Position numbers and translations under genes: made by a program | Part shown: one piece after another, positions 15,910 to 29,799 of the stretch | Numbering within the stretch: position 1 is the stretch's first letter | Layout of the letters: every line of letters begins with the position of its first letter | The notes under the pieces: model-generated | Database searches by the model: none | Seen by the model: the letters and a program-made list of their open reading frames with translations, nothing else | Told to the model about the DNA's origin: nothing | Source of the DNA: the human T2T-CHM13v2.0 reference genome, Homo sapiens | NCBI RefSeq assembly: GCF_009914755.1 | Contig: NC_060925.1 | Strand: one strand, 5' to 3' | Length of the DNA stretch: 64,000 nt

Positions 15910-16195
15910 TTTTTTAATAGACAAGGTCTTGCCTGTTGCCCAGGCTGGAGTGCAGTGGCACAATCAAAGCTCTCTGCAGCCTCAAACTCCTGGGCTTAAG
16001 CAATCCTCCTGCCTCAGCCTCCTGAGTGGCCTGGACTAAAGGCATGAACCACCACACCCAGCTAATTTTATTTTTTGCAGAGACTTGTTCTCCCTGTGTT
16101 GCCCAGGCTGGTTTCAAACTACTAACCTCAAGCAATCCTCCTGTCTTAGCCTCCCAAAGTGCTGGGATTACAGGTGTGAGCCACCATGCCCGGTC
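15910..16195 (-). mobile_element. AluJ
   Basis: Antisense Alu with J-type diagnostics. Confidence 0.85.
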
Positions 16196-16630
16196 CAATA
16201 AGTGTTCATGATAATGTGGATTTGTTCTTGACAATCAGGACTCAAGCCCAGGCAATCTTCTGCAAGTCAGAGTATTCACCCACCCCTGCATCAGTCTGAA
16301 TCTGGAAAACTCTTCTGGCACAGCCACGTTTCAGTGAGTAGGCCCACCCTGCCCCATTCAGAGGGGTGGATTGGAAGAGGCACTTAGGGCCAGTCTGGAG
16401 GAAAGAGACAAGGCAAAGAGTAGGATGGTGCCGGGACCTCAAGGACCGATTCCTTTTATCAGCGTTGTCCACATGGGTTGCTCTTCTGGGCCCTAGGAAA
16501 GCATTAGAGACCCCCAGACATGATTCTCAGAGTCTGCCCTGACATGTCACCCCAGAAGATCGAGGTCTTTGGTCCTTGAGCCCTTTACTTTGAACACGAG
16601 AAGTGTTTGCTCGTGGGATCTACACAAGTC

Positions 16631-16924
16631 TTTTTTTTTTTTTTGGAGATGGAGTCTCGCTCTGTCACCTAGGCTGGAGTGCAATGGCACAATCTCAGCT
16701 CACTGCAAACTCCGCCTCCCCGTTCAAGCGATTGTCCTGCTTCAGCCTCCCAAGTAGCTGGGATTACCGATGCCCGCCACCAGGCCCGGCTAATTTTTGT
16801 ATTTTTAGTAGAGATGGGGCTTCACCAGGCTGACCAGGCTGGTCTTGAACTCCTGACCTCAGGTGATCCACCCCCTCTGGCCTCCCAAAGTGCTGGGATT
16901 ACAGGCATGAGCCACCATGCCCAA
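16631..16924 (-). mobile_element. AluS
   Basis: Antisense Alu; TSD caagtctttt. Confidence 0.9.
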
Positions 16925-17543
16925 CCTCAAGTCTTTTCTGATCCTAACATTCTGGGACCTAATCACTTCAAAGGAGACATGCCATTTCCAGCTGAGGCCC
17001 CAAGAGGAATGTTTTATGGTGGACAACTCTGAGGGCTGGCATGGGGCCTGGAGAGGGAATGCAAAGGAAGAAGGGAGCTGATGGGAGGTCCACAAGGACT
17101 TTTGTTGAATGGTGGGGAGGGGGCAAGGCAGAAAGCAACTTATGGCATGATTCTACCCAGAGACAGCCCAGCCTTTGAAAACTTGCCTCGCCCAGAGTGA
17201 GAAAGATTTAAACAACACACACACACCCACACACACACCCACATACGCCCCCCCATCATACATATATTCCATGCATTTCTTAATTAAGGGAATGCTAACA
17301 TTTCTTTAAAGTACAGTTCTTAAAATGATATTTGGAGACCACATTCTTTAACTTGTGAGAATATACCTCCAACCTCTTAATAAAATTGTGATTAAAAAAA
17401 ACTTTCTCTAATTGTGGCTAAATTTGATGTCATTGATTAAAATGTATGCCAATTTGCAACATTAATAACCTTGTTGCTATGCCTGTTCTACCAAAACCCT
17501 TTTCCTAGTATTTCTTACATCACCACACATCTGAAAAAGTTTC

Positions 17544-17977
17544 TTTCATGCGCGTCCGTGTGAAGAGACCACCAAACAGGCTTTGTGTGAGCAACATGGC
17601 TGTTTATTTCACCTGGGTGCAGGCGGGCTGAGTCCGAAAAGAGAGTCAGCGAAGGGAGATAGGGGTGGGGCCGTTTTATAGGATTTGGGAAGGTAATGGA
17701 AAATTACAGTCAAAGGGGGTTGTTCTCTGGTGGGCAGGGGCGGGGGTCACAAGGTGCTCAGTGGGGGAGCTTCTGAGCCAGGAGAAGGAAATTCACAGGG
17801 TTAATCACTCAGTGAAGGTGGGGCAGGAACAAATCACAATGGTGGAATGTCATCAGTTAAGGTGGGGCAGGGCCTTTTCACTTCTTTTGTGATTCTTCAG
17901 TTACTTCAGGCCATCTGGGCATATACGTGCAAGTCACAGGGGATGCGATGGCTTGGCTTGTGCTCAGAGGCCTGACA
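17544..17977 (-). mobile_element. HERV-H solo LTR (LTR7, type I)
   Basis: Minus strand TGTCAGGCCTCTGAGC...CCTATAAAACGG...AATAAACAGCC...GGACGCGCATGAAA; perfect 5-bp TSD GTTTC (17539-17543, 17978-17982). Confidence 0.95.
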
Positions 17978-18894
17978 GTTTCCACTGGGCTTCTCCCCTC
18001 CAAAGAGTTCCTGGGATGGCCTTGGGATCCACGTGGTGGGAATCAGCCCACAGGTGGGGGAGGGGAAGGTGCTCTTCACCTGTGTTGCATCAGCAGCGTG
18101 AGCTGCTGCTATCAAGTGTTGAAAAGAATGTGAGACAAAAAGAGATAATATTTGAAATGGAAAGAAAATAGTATTACTAAGCCAAGTGATCAAATATTGC
18201 CAATTTTGCTTGCCAGCTATCATGAACTGATAACAAATTAGCAAAAGGCCAAACTTACATGCACGAAGTTGTCCTAAGCAGTGGCCAGATCCAGACATAA
18301 CACATATCTCTAGATATCATTCATGGCTTACAAGCTTTGTAGTCTTTGCCCTGTGATGAGGCTATCCTCCCAGCGGGGTAGGAGGAAATGATTCCTTGTG
18401 CTCTAGCTGGTTGTAGTGGCTTATACTCTGGCCAGGAGGTCAGAAAACTGTCACAGAACCAACTCTACTCATTATTTGCTGTGTGCTTTGGCCAAGTCTC
18501 CTAACTCATTGGAGTCTGTATTTCTTTATCTCTGAAATGACAGCAACACTCAACACACGTTGACTGAGGACAGACTGTATGCTAGTCTGAACTATGTGTG
18601 AGTGAACACATAGTCATCACTTCCATGAGAGTGGAATAGTCGATATAAAACTCAGTACCACATGTGAGTGACTCCAAATATTACAGCATCCTCATTTGCT
18701 AAATGAACTCTTAAGAAAAGGTTTTTACTTTTATATTTGTTGATATTAAAATATATCAGGATGTTAATTAAATAGACAAATGTCTGTGCATAATAATGTG
18801 TTATTTTAATTACTTATAGGTAAAATCACATGCTATTCATTAATTTGTAAATCTTGATTAAAATGTTGAGTTTTCATTATATATTTAAAAATCA

Positions 18895-19273
<379 letters not shown>

Positions 19274-19480
19274 TCAAATTCTTCCAGTGCACTTTTGATA
19301 TCAGTGTTTTGACATTCCCTATGGCCAGTCTTCAAGCCCATTTTTCAGAGCACAGCATCTTCATATTCATCTGGATTGCTTGAGATTCAGCACTTCTTGA
19401 ATCTAAATATGATGTTGTCATTGAAAATTATACCTCATGCCATGATAGTTTTTTCCCTATTTGTGATCTCATAAGATAAC

Positions 19481-20352
19481 TGTCACGCCTCTGAGCCCAA
19501 GCTAAGTCATCATATCCCCAATGACCTGCATGTATACATCCAGATGGCCTGAAGCAACTGAAGATCCACAAAAGAAGTGAAAATAGCCTTAACTGATGAC
19601 ATTCCACCATTGTGATTTGTTTCTGCCCCACCCTAACTGATCAATGTACTTTGTAATCTCCCCCACCCTTAAGAAGGTTCTTTGCAATTCTCCCCACCCT
19701 TAAGAAGGTTCTTTGCAATTCTCCCCACCCTTAAGAAGGTTCTTTGTAATTCTCCCCACCCTTGAGAATGTACTTTGTGAGATCCACGCCCTGCCCCCAA
19801 AACATTGCTCCTAACTCCACCGCCTATCCCAAAACCTATAAGAACCGATGATAATCCCACCACCCTTTGCTGACTCTCTTTTCGGACTCAGCCTGCCTGC
19901 ACCCAGGTGAAATAAACAGCATTTTTGCTCACACAAAGCCTGTTTCTATGCAGCCACAAAAATTGATGAGTTCATGTCCTTTGTAGGGACATGGATGAAG
20001 CTGGAAACCATCATTCTCAGCAAACTATCTCAAGGACAAAAACCCAAACACCGCTTGTTCTCGCTCATAGGTGGGAATTGAACAATAAGAACACATGGAC
20101 ACAGGAAGGGGAACATCACACACCGGGGACTGTTGTGGGGTGGGGGGAGGGGGGAGGGATAGCATTAGGAGATGTACCTAATGCTAAATGACGAGTTAAT
20201 GGGTGCAGCACACTAACATGGCACATGTATACATATGTAACAAACCTGCATGTTGTGCACATGTACCCTAAAACTTAAAGTATAATAATAATAAAATAAA
20301 ATTAAAAAAGAAAAGCCTGTTTGGTGGTCTCTTCACATGGACACGTGAGACA
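19481..20352 (+). mobile_element. HERV-H solo LTR (LTR7B/type II) split by an L1 insertion
   Basis: TGTCACGCCTCTGAGCCCAAGCTAAG start; about 3.5 copies of the 31-bp repeat ctccccacccttaagaaggttctttgcaatt; ends GTGAGACA; TSD ATAAC. Confidence 0.92.
19946..20311 (+). mobile_element. 5'-truncated young L1PA (L1PA3-like) 3' end
   Basis: ctatgcagcc...gggggagggatagcattaggag...gctaaatgacgag...aaacttaaagtataataat; TSD aaagcctgttt on both sides. Confidence 0.92.
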
Positions 20353-23300
20353 ATAACCACATATCCTTCAAGTATGGTATATTAATAATGTTGACTTTCA
20401 ACATGATCTTTATATGGTTTGTTTACTGTGACCTCCAACACTCAACAATTGAGAGGTCAGAGCCTCAGGAATAATTGCCAAACGTGTCAGATTTCTTTGC
20501 CACTTTTTTTCCTGTATTACCAGTAGTCTTCCATAAGATCCCACATTAGCATTACTTTAGATGGCTTAAGACTAACATATGTTCATCAAAAACAAGGTTG
20601 GTGTCTGAAATAAAGTGATTGAATGCTTTGTGTTCTGTAAAGACTCTACTATAAGATGACTCCAACAGATAATTTTGAGGAGAAAAGGCATAATTATATG
20701 TGATAATTATAATAAAGGCTAGAGGGCATTAATAGCTCCAGATGAAAAGTGTTCAGAGATAAGAGAGAGTATAGACTAGCTATATGTTTAATCATTGAGT
20801 TGTTCATTTTTCTTAACCTCTTTACCTAGAAAATAAGGCCAATCAACAATACCTCAGAATGTTGCTAGGAGGAGTAAATGAGGTTATAAATTCTAGCATA
20901 GTGCCTGGCTTGAAGGTGTACTTAGGGTGAGGGCCATCATTCCCTGAGTTCTTCCAGCTCTGCTCCCACTTGTGACTTTATGGGATGTTAAAGGAAAAGG
21001 AACAGGGGCAGGACAAGACAGGAACAAAGTATCTTTGCCCATTGTTCAGCTGAGACAGATTAGAGTTTTTCCAAAGGTGCTTTCCCAAGAACCAAAGGAA
21101 AACTAAGACCTAAAGACACAAAGACTGTAGTTACAGAGCCCCTCCCCAGATCTCAGTGTCATTGTTCCTTTCTGCATCCTTCAGTCCTGTGGCATTTTCC
21201 TCTGCTAGTCTCACTTGTACATGCAGCCACTATGGAATGCTGGGGCCATGTGAGAGGAGGGGATTTGCATAACAGTAGAAAACCACTGGGATTTGGAGTA
21301 GGGTGAACTGACTTTAAGTCAGCCTCTACCTTTCACTGGCTTTAAGATTTTGCAAATGTCCATTTGCCTCTCCAAGTCCCAGTTTCTTTATCCTTATGTA
21401 AACAAAAAAGTGAGACAGATCTCAATCAATTTATTTTGTCAAGGTTAAGGACATTTGCAGAAGAAATAAAGACAGAGTCACAGAAAGAGGAGAAAGGCCT
21501 GTGCCTTTCTCCAAAGATGATTTTGAGGGCTTCAATATTTAAAGGGGAAAAGTGGGCTGGAGGGGAAAGAGGGAGGGTATGGTAATCCAAGGGAGGGTAT
21601 GGTAATTCAAGAGAAAAGGAACAGATAGGGGAATAGTCAATTATGTATTTGTTTTGTGCTCAGTAAATTGGCACTTTGCATAAGACAAGGCTAACATAGA
21701 ATAACTCTCTGGAGATATTTAACCTCTTATCTGTAGATATCTGCTTAGGAACAAAAGGAAAGTCAGCTTCTTGCATAACTCAGCTTTCAGCTTAATTTTT
21801 TTCCTTTGGCATACTGAATTGAGGTCTCGAATTTTTATTTTCCTTTCACATTTCTCCACCCTTTTCTTTTTAAAAGCTTTCAGAGAAAGCATTTTAGAAG
21901 AAAGTGAGTCTCTGGTATTGGGTTTTATCTGATGTCTGATGGCAAGGACAGTTTATTCCCAGACGGATAGGTCCCAAGTTGTTAGGCAAGCTCACCTTTA
22001 GTAAGTTGTGAAGCCTTACATCCCACAAAGGAAAAAAAAACATAGGAGAGGGAAGAGAGAAAGAAAACAACAAACAAACAAAAAAGGAGAACAATCCTGG
22101 AAACCTGATATAGGCCATATTACTCTGAAGTCCATACATCAGTAGGCAGGTATGAAAGTGTTTTATCTATATAAACAGGATGCTATTATTTTCTTCCAAA
22201 GTTTAAGTTGTCTAGCTTCAGTTTGTATGGCATTTAAAAAAGCACAGTTTAGTTTTTCGTGATTTTCAAATCAGGAAAAATGGGGAAAAAAGGAAAAGAA
22301 GGAAACAAATTGAAAACATTATTTTGGAGACTTGTAGCCAGAAAAAATTTTAGAATTCAGTCCAAATTGTAGAAAACAATAAAAATTAAAAAGCCTTAGG
22401 CAAGGTTAGAATCTAATAACAGGTGTACACAGTTTATTTGGAAACATAACTTTTCTCTCTCCAATTCCCCAATTTTATTAAAGACAAAATCATAGTAGGA
22501 CCAATTTATTTGTAAAATAAGTTTTAGTTCTATTATACTTGCCTTAATTATTTGCATAAATTGCAGCAAGAATAATCACTTGTCATATAGGCTGTTTCTC
22601 TTTTTTTTAAATTGGCTTTGCTGTAACCTTTTTCATAAGGAGTCTAAGATTAGACCTTCTTAAAAGCCTTGAGCCCAGCCTGCAGATACCTGTGTGAATT
22701 GGGTGAATTTCTCTCTTTTTAAGGTGCCAAGAAAACTTGGGGTTCCTAGGCCTGCCAGAAAGTGACATTCTTCACTTACCACAGGTCAGGACCCTGTAAA
22801 GAACAATGTATAAAGCCAGTTTTTCAAGGGGCTTTTATCAGCTCTGTAGGTCAGCCTCCTTTTCTCAAGGCAATCTGAAAATGCCATTTCAGTCAAGGCC
22901 TTGGTAAAACAACCAGTGTCTCCAATTATGCCCTCTTATAAAAGAAAACAGATCCTTATTGAACTTATGCAAATAATTATTTTGTCATAAATTAAGAATA
23001 CTCAAAAAATAGTTTCCAAATTTTGGAGAAATTAGGTTGAGAGAAAGGATATGTTTTTAATTTTGCTCATAAGAGCATACTTTACTCAGTTGTTAAAAGC
23101 TGCAAATAGCTTAAAAGAAGAGAAAGTTTTCTTGACTTTGAAGAACAAAACAAAAAGAATCAGCAAATGTTTTAAACAAAAAGTCATAAAAGATTATTTC
23201 AATCTTCAGTTAGTTCAGTCCATTCAATTAACTCCTGTTCTGCTCGATATTGGATCAACAATCCTCATGAATACATCAGACCTCCCTGAGAGTCCTGGAA

Positions 23301-23397
23301 GGTTTTCTCTATTCCAATGGCACAATCTCTCAATTTACCAGAAACCTATATTTAAGGGTACTCCTCAGAGTTCTATAGCTGATTATAAACGGCCCTA

Positions 23398-23799
<402 letters not shown>

Positions 23800-26700
23800 T
23801 TACTTCTGTGGCATACAAAGTTTTACATAATCGTCATAATTACTACTACTGATAACATATACTAAGACATATCAGAATCACAGGATTCTCATATAATTTT
23901 GGAACAAACACTAATAGCACATTTATGTAAATATTATCCAAAGAAGATTAAATACCATTTTGTATTTGACAATGCTTCCTTTATTATTTTATTGTACCAA
24001 ATAAACCAAATACATTTCTTTTGGACTTCATGAGACCTAATATCAAAACATTAATGAGGTCAAAAGGACTGAATTTAGAATATGATTGTGGAAAGTTTGT
24101 CAAATATCTAAAGTTTAAAACACTTGATATCACAAAATAGGATCGCAGGTCATTATAAAGACAGTCATTCATTTAGCCAAAGTGATAACTCGAAGATTTC
24201 AAAAAAAGGCAAAAACCTTTATTCTTTGAGAGAGGAGACTTACTTCCCCAAACAATAAGCCCTGATAAAGACAGCATGAGGCCAATTAAATGTCTCACAA
24301 ATCTTATAAGCAAATCTATTAAATTTTAATCACTTGACTATAACATATAATTTCTATAAACTTTTTTATAATATTTTACAATTTTTTAAATTAAAGTGTT
24401 AGTTAATACTCCAAGAAAATCTTGTTAATCTGACACAGGGGCCCAGATGCTGGCCTTGCATCCATGTAACGTTGATATTAATGTTTAATTCATAGAGAAA
24501 CTTTAAACTAATTTTATTTCTCAAAATCAGCCCTACAATCTCATGTGCCTGTCTCTTCTGTGGTAGTCCCAGGGCCTAGAAGGGTTAAATAGTTTTAATT
24601 TCTGGCTCTGTGTCTCATGAACAGTTTATTTTGATAGTCGTCTTCTCCTGGGTTGGCAAATAAGGCTTTAACTGCTGTCAGTGTTTAAGATTTAACAGGA
24701 TCTGGAGTCCTCTCTAGATCCAAAAGTAAAAGCCCTGTAACTTAACAGCACAGGACTTCAAAAGCAACACAGAGTTACATGGATATAATAACCTTAATGT
24801 TTTTAAATCTCGGTTTTCCTAGGACTTGCATTAGTTAGACATAGGAAGAGTAGGTCCTGGGTCATAAGTGAAAGTTTTCAATTTCATAGAAGAATTTAAA
24901 GCCAAGAGCACAGAATGTTATATTGGAAGAAAATATTTCCTTTAGACCATTTAGATAAAACATTTTTAGTATCAGGACACAATGGAAGTTAGAACCTGAG
25001 GAAAAAAATTACAAGAGCTGACGAAAAAGTTGAAGGAGAACATTATTGTCTCAGGCCTTCTCAAAGGGAAGAGAAAACCGAAAATAATGACATGCAATAA
25101 AAGTTGAACTTTTGGGTTAAAAAAGTTAAAAGCTCTTATAATTTTATTAAGATTAAATCAATACCTTCAGATAAATTTGTTGTTCCAACCAACTCTTTAA
25201 TTTGTTAGTGTATTGTTAAATACCAAAGAATATTATAATTTCCTTTTAATTATAGCCAATTTGATCACATAAAGTTCTTTTTCATAAATTCTCTTTTCAC
25301 AACCCTTATTCCAACTTGCACAAACATTTATGACATGCTTAGATGTCCTGTCTTATCCTAAATATCACTCTTTCTTAAATAACCAGTTATTTTATTTTAG
25401 GTCAAAAAATTTACCATACAAGATCCTTTCTCATATAAAATGATTTTCCTTTTAATCTTTCTTACCCCAAATACCTCTTTATATGTATAACTTTCTTTAC
25501 ATCTCTCTTATTTACTGGTTCCCTTTAGCTTGTTTTATAAACAACCTTTAAATAACTTTTGAGTTAGACAAAAATTGTTTCCTTTTAATAAGAACACATT
25601 GTTTTTTAGAAAAATGATTTTCTATAATTTTTATTTAAAAAATTGGAAATGACCCAGGTATTTAATTAATATATATTATTTAATTTAACTTTAGGTTCTA
25701 AATTATATGACAAGTTTATTTACAAGCATTTATTCTATTACATTTGCCTATTTAATTTGTTTAAATAGTTGATCTAGATTACATATGAAAACTGTGATGG
25801 TCATCATTTAGAGTTATTTCCCTGTTAACAATTTTTATAGGCTGTGAATTTCAGGTGTTTACTTAAGTAAGAATATTAAGGTTAAATAAATATTTTGGGT
25901 TTTTTTTGGTCAATAACTCAGGATTTAGCTATTTTCATTAAACCAACAATATTAAATGCTTTATTTATCGAAAAGTTACACAAATATAATTCTCTTTTGG
26001 GCTACATTTATAGCTTTACAACCCTCATGCCAAATCTTGACACCTTATAGTATTTAAGAGAAAAAAATATAAAATTGCTTGACCAATAAATCTAAACAAT
26101 AATGTATGTTGGCGATTCTGAAGACATTTCTAATTTTATTTTACCAATAATTTTAAAGCCAGTTTATTTATTAAAACTCTATTTAAGTCACATTAACTTG
26201 AAAAGCAACTGGGCTTATTTACTGAATTTGTGAGTTCTCCTTTATTTTTAAGCCAGTTTGGTACCTTGTGGCCATAAACATAACAATACACATGTAGGTA
26301 TACATAAACACACCTAAGCCCACACACACTCATACAAATAAAGATCCTATAGCTTTTACTTCAGAACTCTAGCCATGAGATACCAATACAAACTTAACCA
26401 GTTTACCAAAAAACAGTTGGATGCGAACACGGTTTTTCTCTCAACATCAGTAGAAAGGTCCTCTGAACTAGAAAAAAATTTACATTTTCTTAAGCAAAAA
26501 CCACATCCTCATGTTTTTATAAACTTCCCCAAAAACACATCATACTATCCTACTAATCTAACTTTTAGTAACTCTAATTCCCAGTAAAAAACCTAGGATT
26601 ACTTAATTTAACTTAATATGCCTTTAAGATTTTAAATTATTGGAGAGGATTTTGAGACAAAATTTACCAAATTAATCTTACCAAAGATTACTAAAGTCAT

Positions 26701-27714
26701 GTGAACTGAAAAGCCTCTGAGCTAGCTTCTATTAAGTTGATGAACACTGACTTTTCTTTAAGCCAATTAATTAGAGCTCTTTCACATAATTGATAGTGAA
26801 ATATTATTTCCACATGAGACATAGGAACATATAGACATAATAGACACCCAGACAGAGGCAGATCTTACAGATTTAAAAGTTCTCATTTGCCTGTTTTCAA
26901 AACTTTTCTCTGTTTTAGACTGTTAATCTCATGATTATCTGTTCCATGTCGTGAACAATTGTTAATGAGGCAACTGTAAATTTGCATCCCAAAGACATGA
27001 CTTAGGTGAAACAGTGTAGAAAATGTACATCTCAAAGGCACACGCTTAGATCTAAACAAAGGCAATGTCTTTTATGTGAACTTCAAGCCATTGTAGGGAC
27101 CCAGAAGCTCTTACTAAGTGGAGATTTCCTGTAAAGATGTAAATTTCCTTTGCAAAGAATTTTATTAAAGTGACTCAGTTTGATAGGTGTTATTTTCAAT
27201 TTAGCTTGATTAGATTACTAGCTTTATGGTAGATCCCTTTAAGGAATAGGGCCAAGAAAGCCTGTACAATTTTCTTAATTTAAATGTACAAAGAAATAAG
27301 TAGCCCCCTGTAGTAATGACCATTTCCTATAAACTGTCCTTAGCCATCCCTAAGATTGTGGTTCTCTGCCACCATTACACACACCAAGGCCAAATTCTCT
27401 CACAGTACAAGGTAATCTCTGGTACCCCCACCAAAGACAAAGACATCAGGTAATGCAATACAAGAAAGCAGAGCTTTAGACCTGAGAAAAATCTGCCCGT
27501 GACTTTTGAAACTCCACAAAGAAAGCAGGACACCCCGAAAAAGGGTGAGTGGCACCTTTATTCTGAGTTCTTTAAAGGGTCTGATTAGAAGCCTTCTCTA
27601 TGTTTTGTTTTGAATTTGCTTGGTACCAAAGATGGCAAAAGGGGAAGGAGGAATAGAATGGAAGAAAAGTAAACAAAAGAACAATCTTTTAAGAAAGGAA
27701 GTGAACAGAGAACC

Positions 27715-28410
27715 TGTTTGAGTAGGTAGTTAGGCAGACATAAGCAAGGCAGGGCAGTGCCCTACCCCTCAACCAGGACTGCCAGGAGACTGTCAAGTGA
27801 TGGTCAGGCAGTTATTAAACTGTCTGTCCAAAACAATTGGTCAAAGCCAGCAGCAGGGAAAGGTGGTCTCCCAATAGATAGAAAACACCTGAAGCTGGTG
27901 ATCAGCTGCTGTCAATAAGATCTCAGGAGCTGGGTGAGTGGAGTCAAGCATGCGCATGCTAAGAGGCAAAATGGCAGAGTTTAGCTGGGATATGACCTTC
28001 CTCTAGGAACACTACTGGTAAGAGAACAACGCCTCAAGTGAGCATGCGCAAAACTTCAGCAAACACACTGTGCCTGGGGCCCCTCCCAAGTTCTGGGAGG
28101 CCGCTGCACATGTGGACGTCCCATCCCAAAGGAAGAATCAGGGCAGAAGAGACACAAGAGCCCGGAAGCATGCCAACATAAAAAAACCCAAGTTTACATT
28201 TGGATCTCTCAAGTTGTCCTCTTGGCCCTCTTCCAAGCATACTTTACTTCCTTTCATTCCTGCTCTAATACTTTTTAATAAACTTTCACTCTTGCTTTAT
28301 AACTTGCCGTGGTCTCTCATTCTGCCTTATGCCCCTCAGACGAATTCTTTCCTCTGAGGAGGCAAGAATCAAGTTGCTGCATACTCATATAGATTTGCTG
28401 CTGCTAACGA
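27715..28410 (+). mobile_element. MER50-like solo LTR nested in the MER4 provirus
   Basis: Starts TGTTTGAGTAGGTAGTTAGGCAGACA; AATAAA near 28277; TSD aacc. Confidence 0.75.
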
Positions 28411-29799
28411 AACCAAGCGTATGATTCTTTCTTCTTTTTTGCAGCTGTGAGGAGTTTTAGCCAATTCAAAAACATTGTTCACCATAACTTGAAATTCTCA
28501 TTTGGATTTGACCAAGTAAGGTAGAGTTGGTCGAATCCAATGTGAGAAAGACTAAAATAATAAGGAAACAACAAAACAACAACAACAACAACAAAACCAA
28601 TGCGATTACTGAGCACTTTAGTGTTAAAAGGAAATTAAGATCAGCTGGTTGTCAATCTTAACTCTTAGTCATTAAGCAGGATCTTCAAGACAAAACTCCA
28701 ATTCAGCTACTTACCTAGGAGTGGCGCCCAGGCTCAATACTCCTCTCTACCATTTTAGAAGCAGTAAAAGACTCAAACTCACCTTCCCTGTTGGATACAA
28801 GCTGAAACTCCAGAAAGGAGTTGCCTGCCATCCATTGTCATGGAAACAGGAAAACTCGCCTTTTTTGTTGGAAGTGAGTAAAACTCCAGAAAAGGAGTTG
28901 TACTTCAAAATAAACCTTAGATCTCAACCAAATTTGGGGTGATCAGGGATTCTCCAGAGGGAGGAGCTCCCAGACCTCAGAAAATTGTCTTATCTTTGAG
29001 CAACAAAGATAACCTAAGCTGGTACCAAGTACTGGTAAGAGATTTGTCAAAGGTCAGGGGCACCTCCTCTCAGAGTCCCTTCCGTCAGCTGCCAATTTGT
29101 AAGCCAAAAAGTATCTGAGACAGGTCTCAATCAATTTAGAAGTTTATTTTGTCAAGGTTAAGGACATGCCCAGAATAAATAAAGACAGAGCCACAGAAAT
29201 AGTCTGTGGTCTGTGCCTTTCTCCAAAGATGATTTTGAGGACATCAATATTTAAAGGGAAAAAGTGGACTGGAGGGGAAAGAGGAAGGGTATGGTAATCC
29301 CTATATTGCAAGAGAAAAGGAGCAGGTAGAGGAATAGTCAATTATGTATTCATCTTGTGCTCAGTAAATTGGCACTTTTCATAAGATAAAGTGAACATAG
29401 ACTAACTGCCTGTGGAGATATTTAACCTCTTATCTGCAGCTATCTGCTCAGAAACAAAAAGAAAGGCAGCTTCTTGCATGACTCAGCTTTTAGCTTAATT
29501 TTTTTTCCTTTGGCATAGTGAATTGAGATCCTGAGTTTTTATTTTCCTTTCACACATATAATGGGGACAAATGTCTTGGAGAAATTTTGAAGATTCTTCT
29601 CTCGGAAGATTAGATTGATCATATATCCAAAGTATTCAGTACAGAGACTGGCCAGTAAACAACTGTTAAGTCCTTTCTATTCTTTCGTGTATTTCCTAGA
29701 GTGGGCAAAGAATGGAGGGGACAGGTGGTCCATTTCCCTTTTTCTAGGGTAGCTTAGCAAGACACTAGTCATAGCAATAACTCTGAACCACTCCGTTTC

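Noticed and set aside
19655-19775. 31-bp direct repeats resembling an array
   Set aside because: Normal type II U3 repeats of HERV-H LTR7B with no spacers; not CRISPR.
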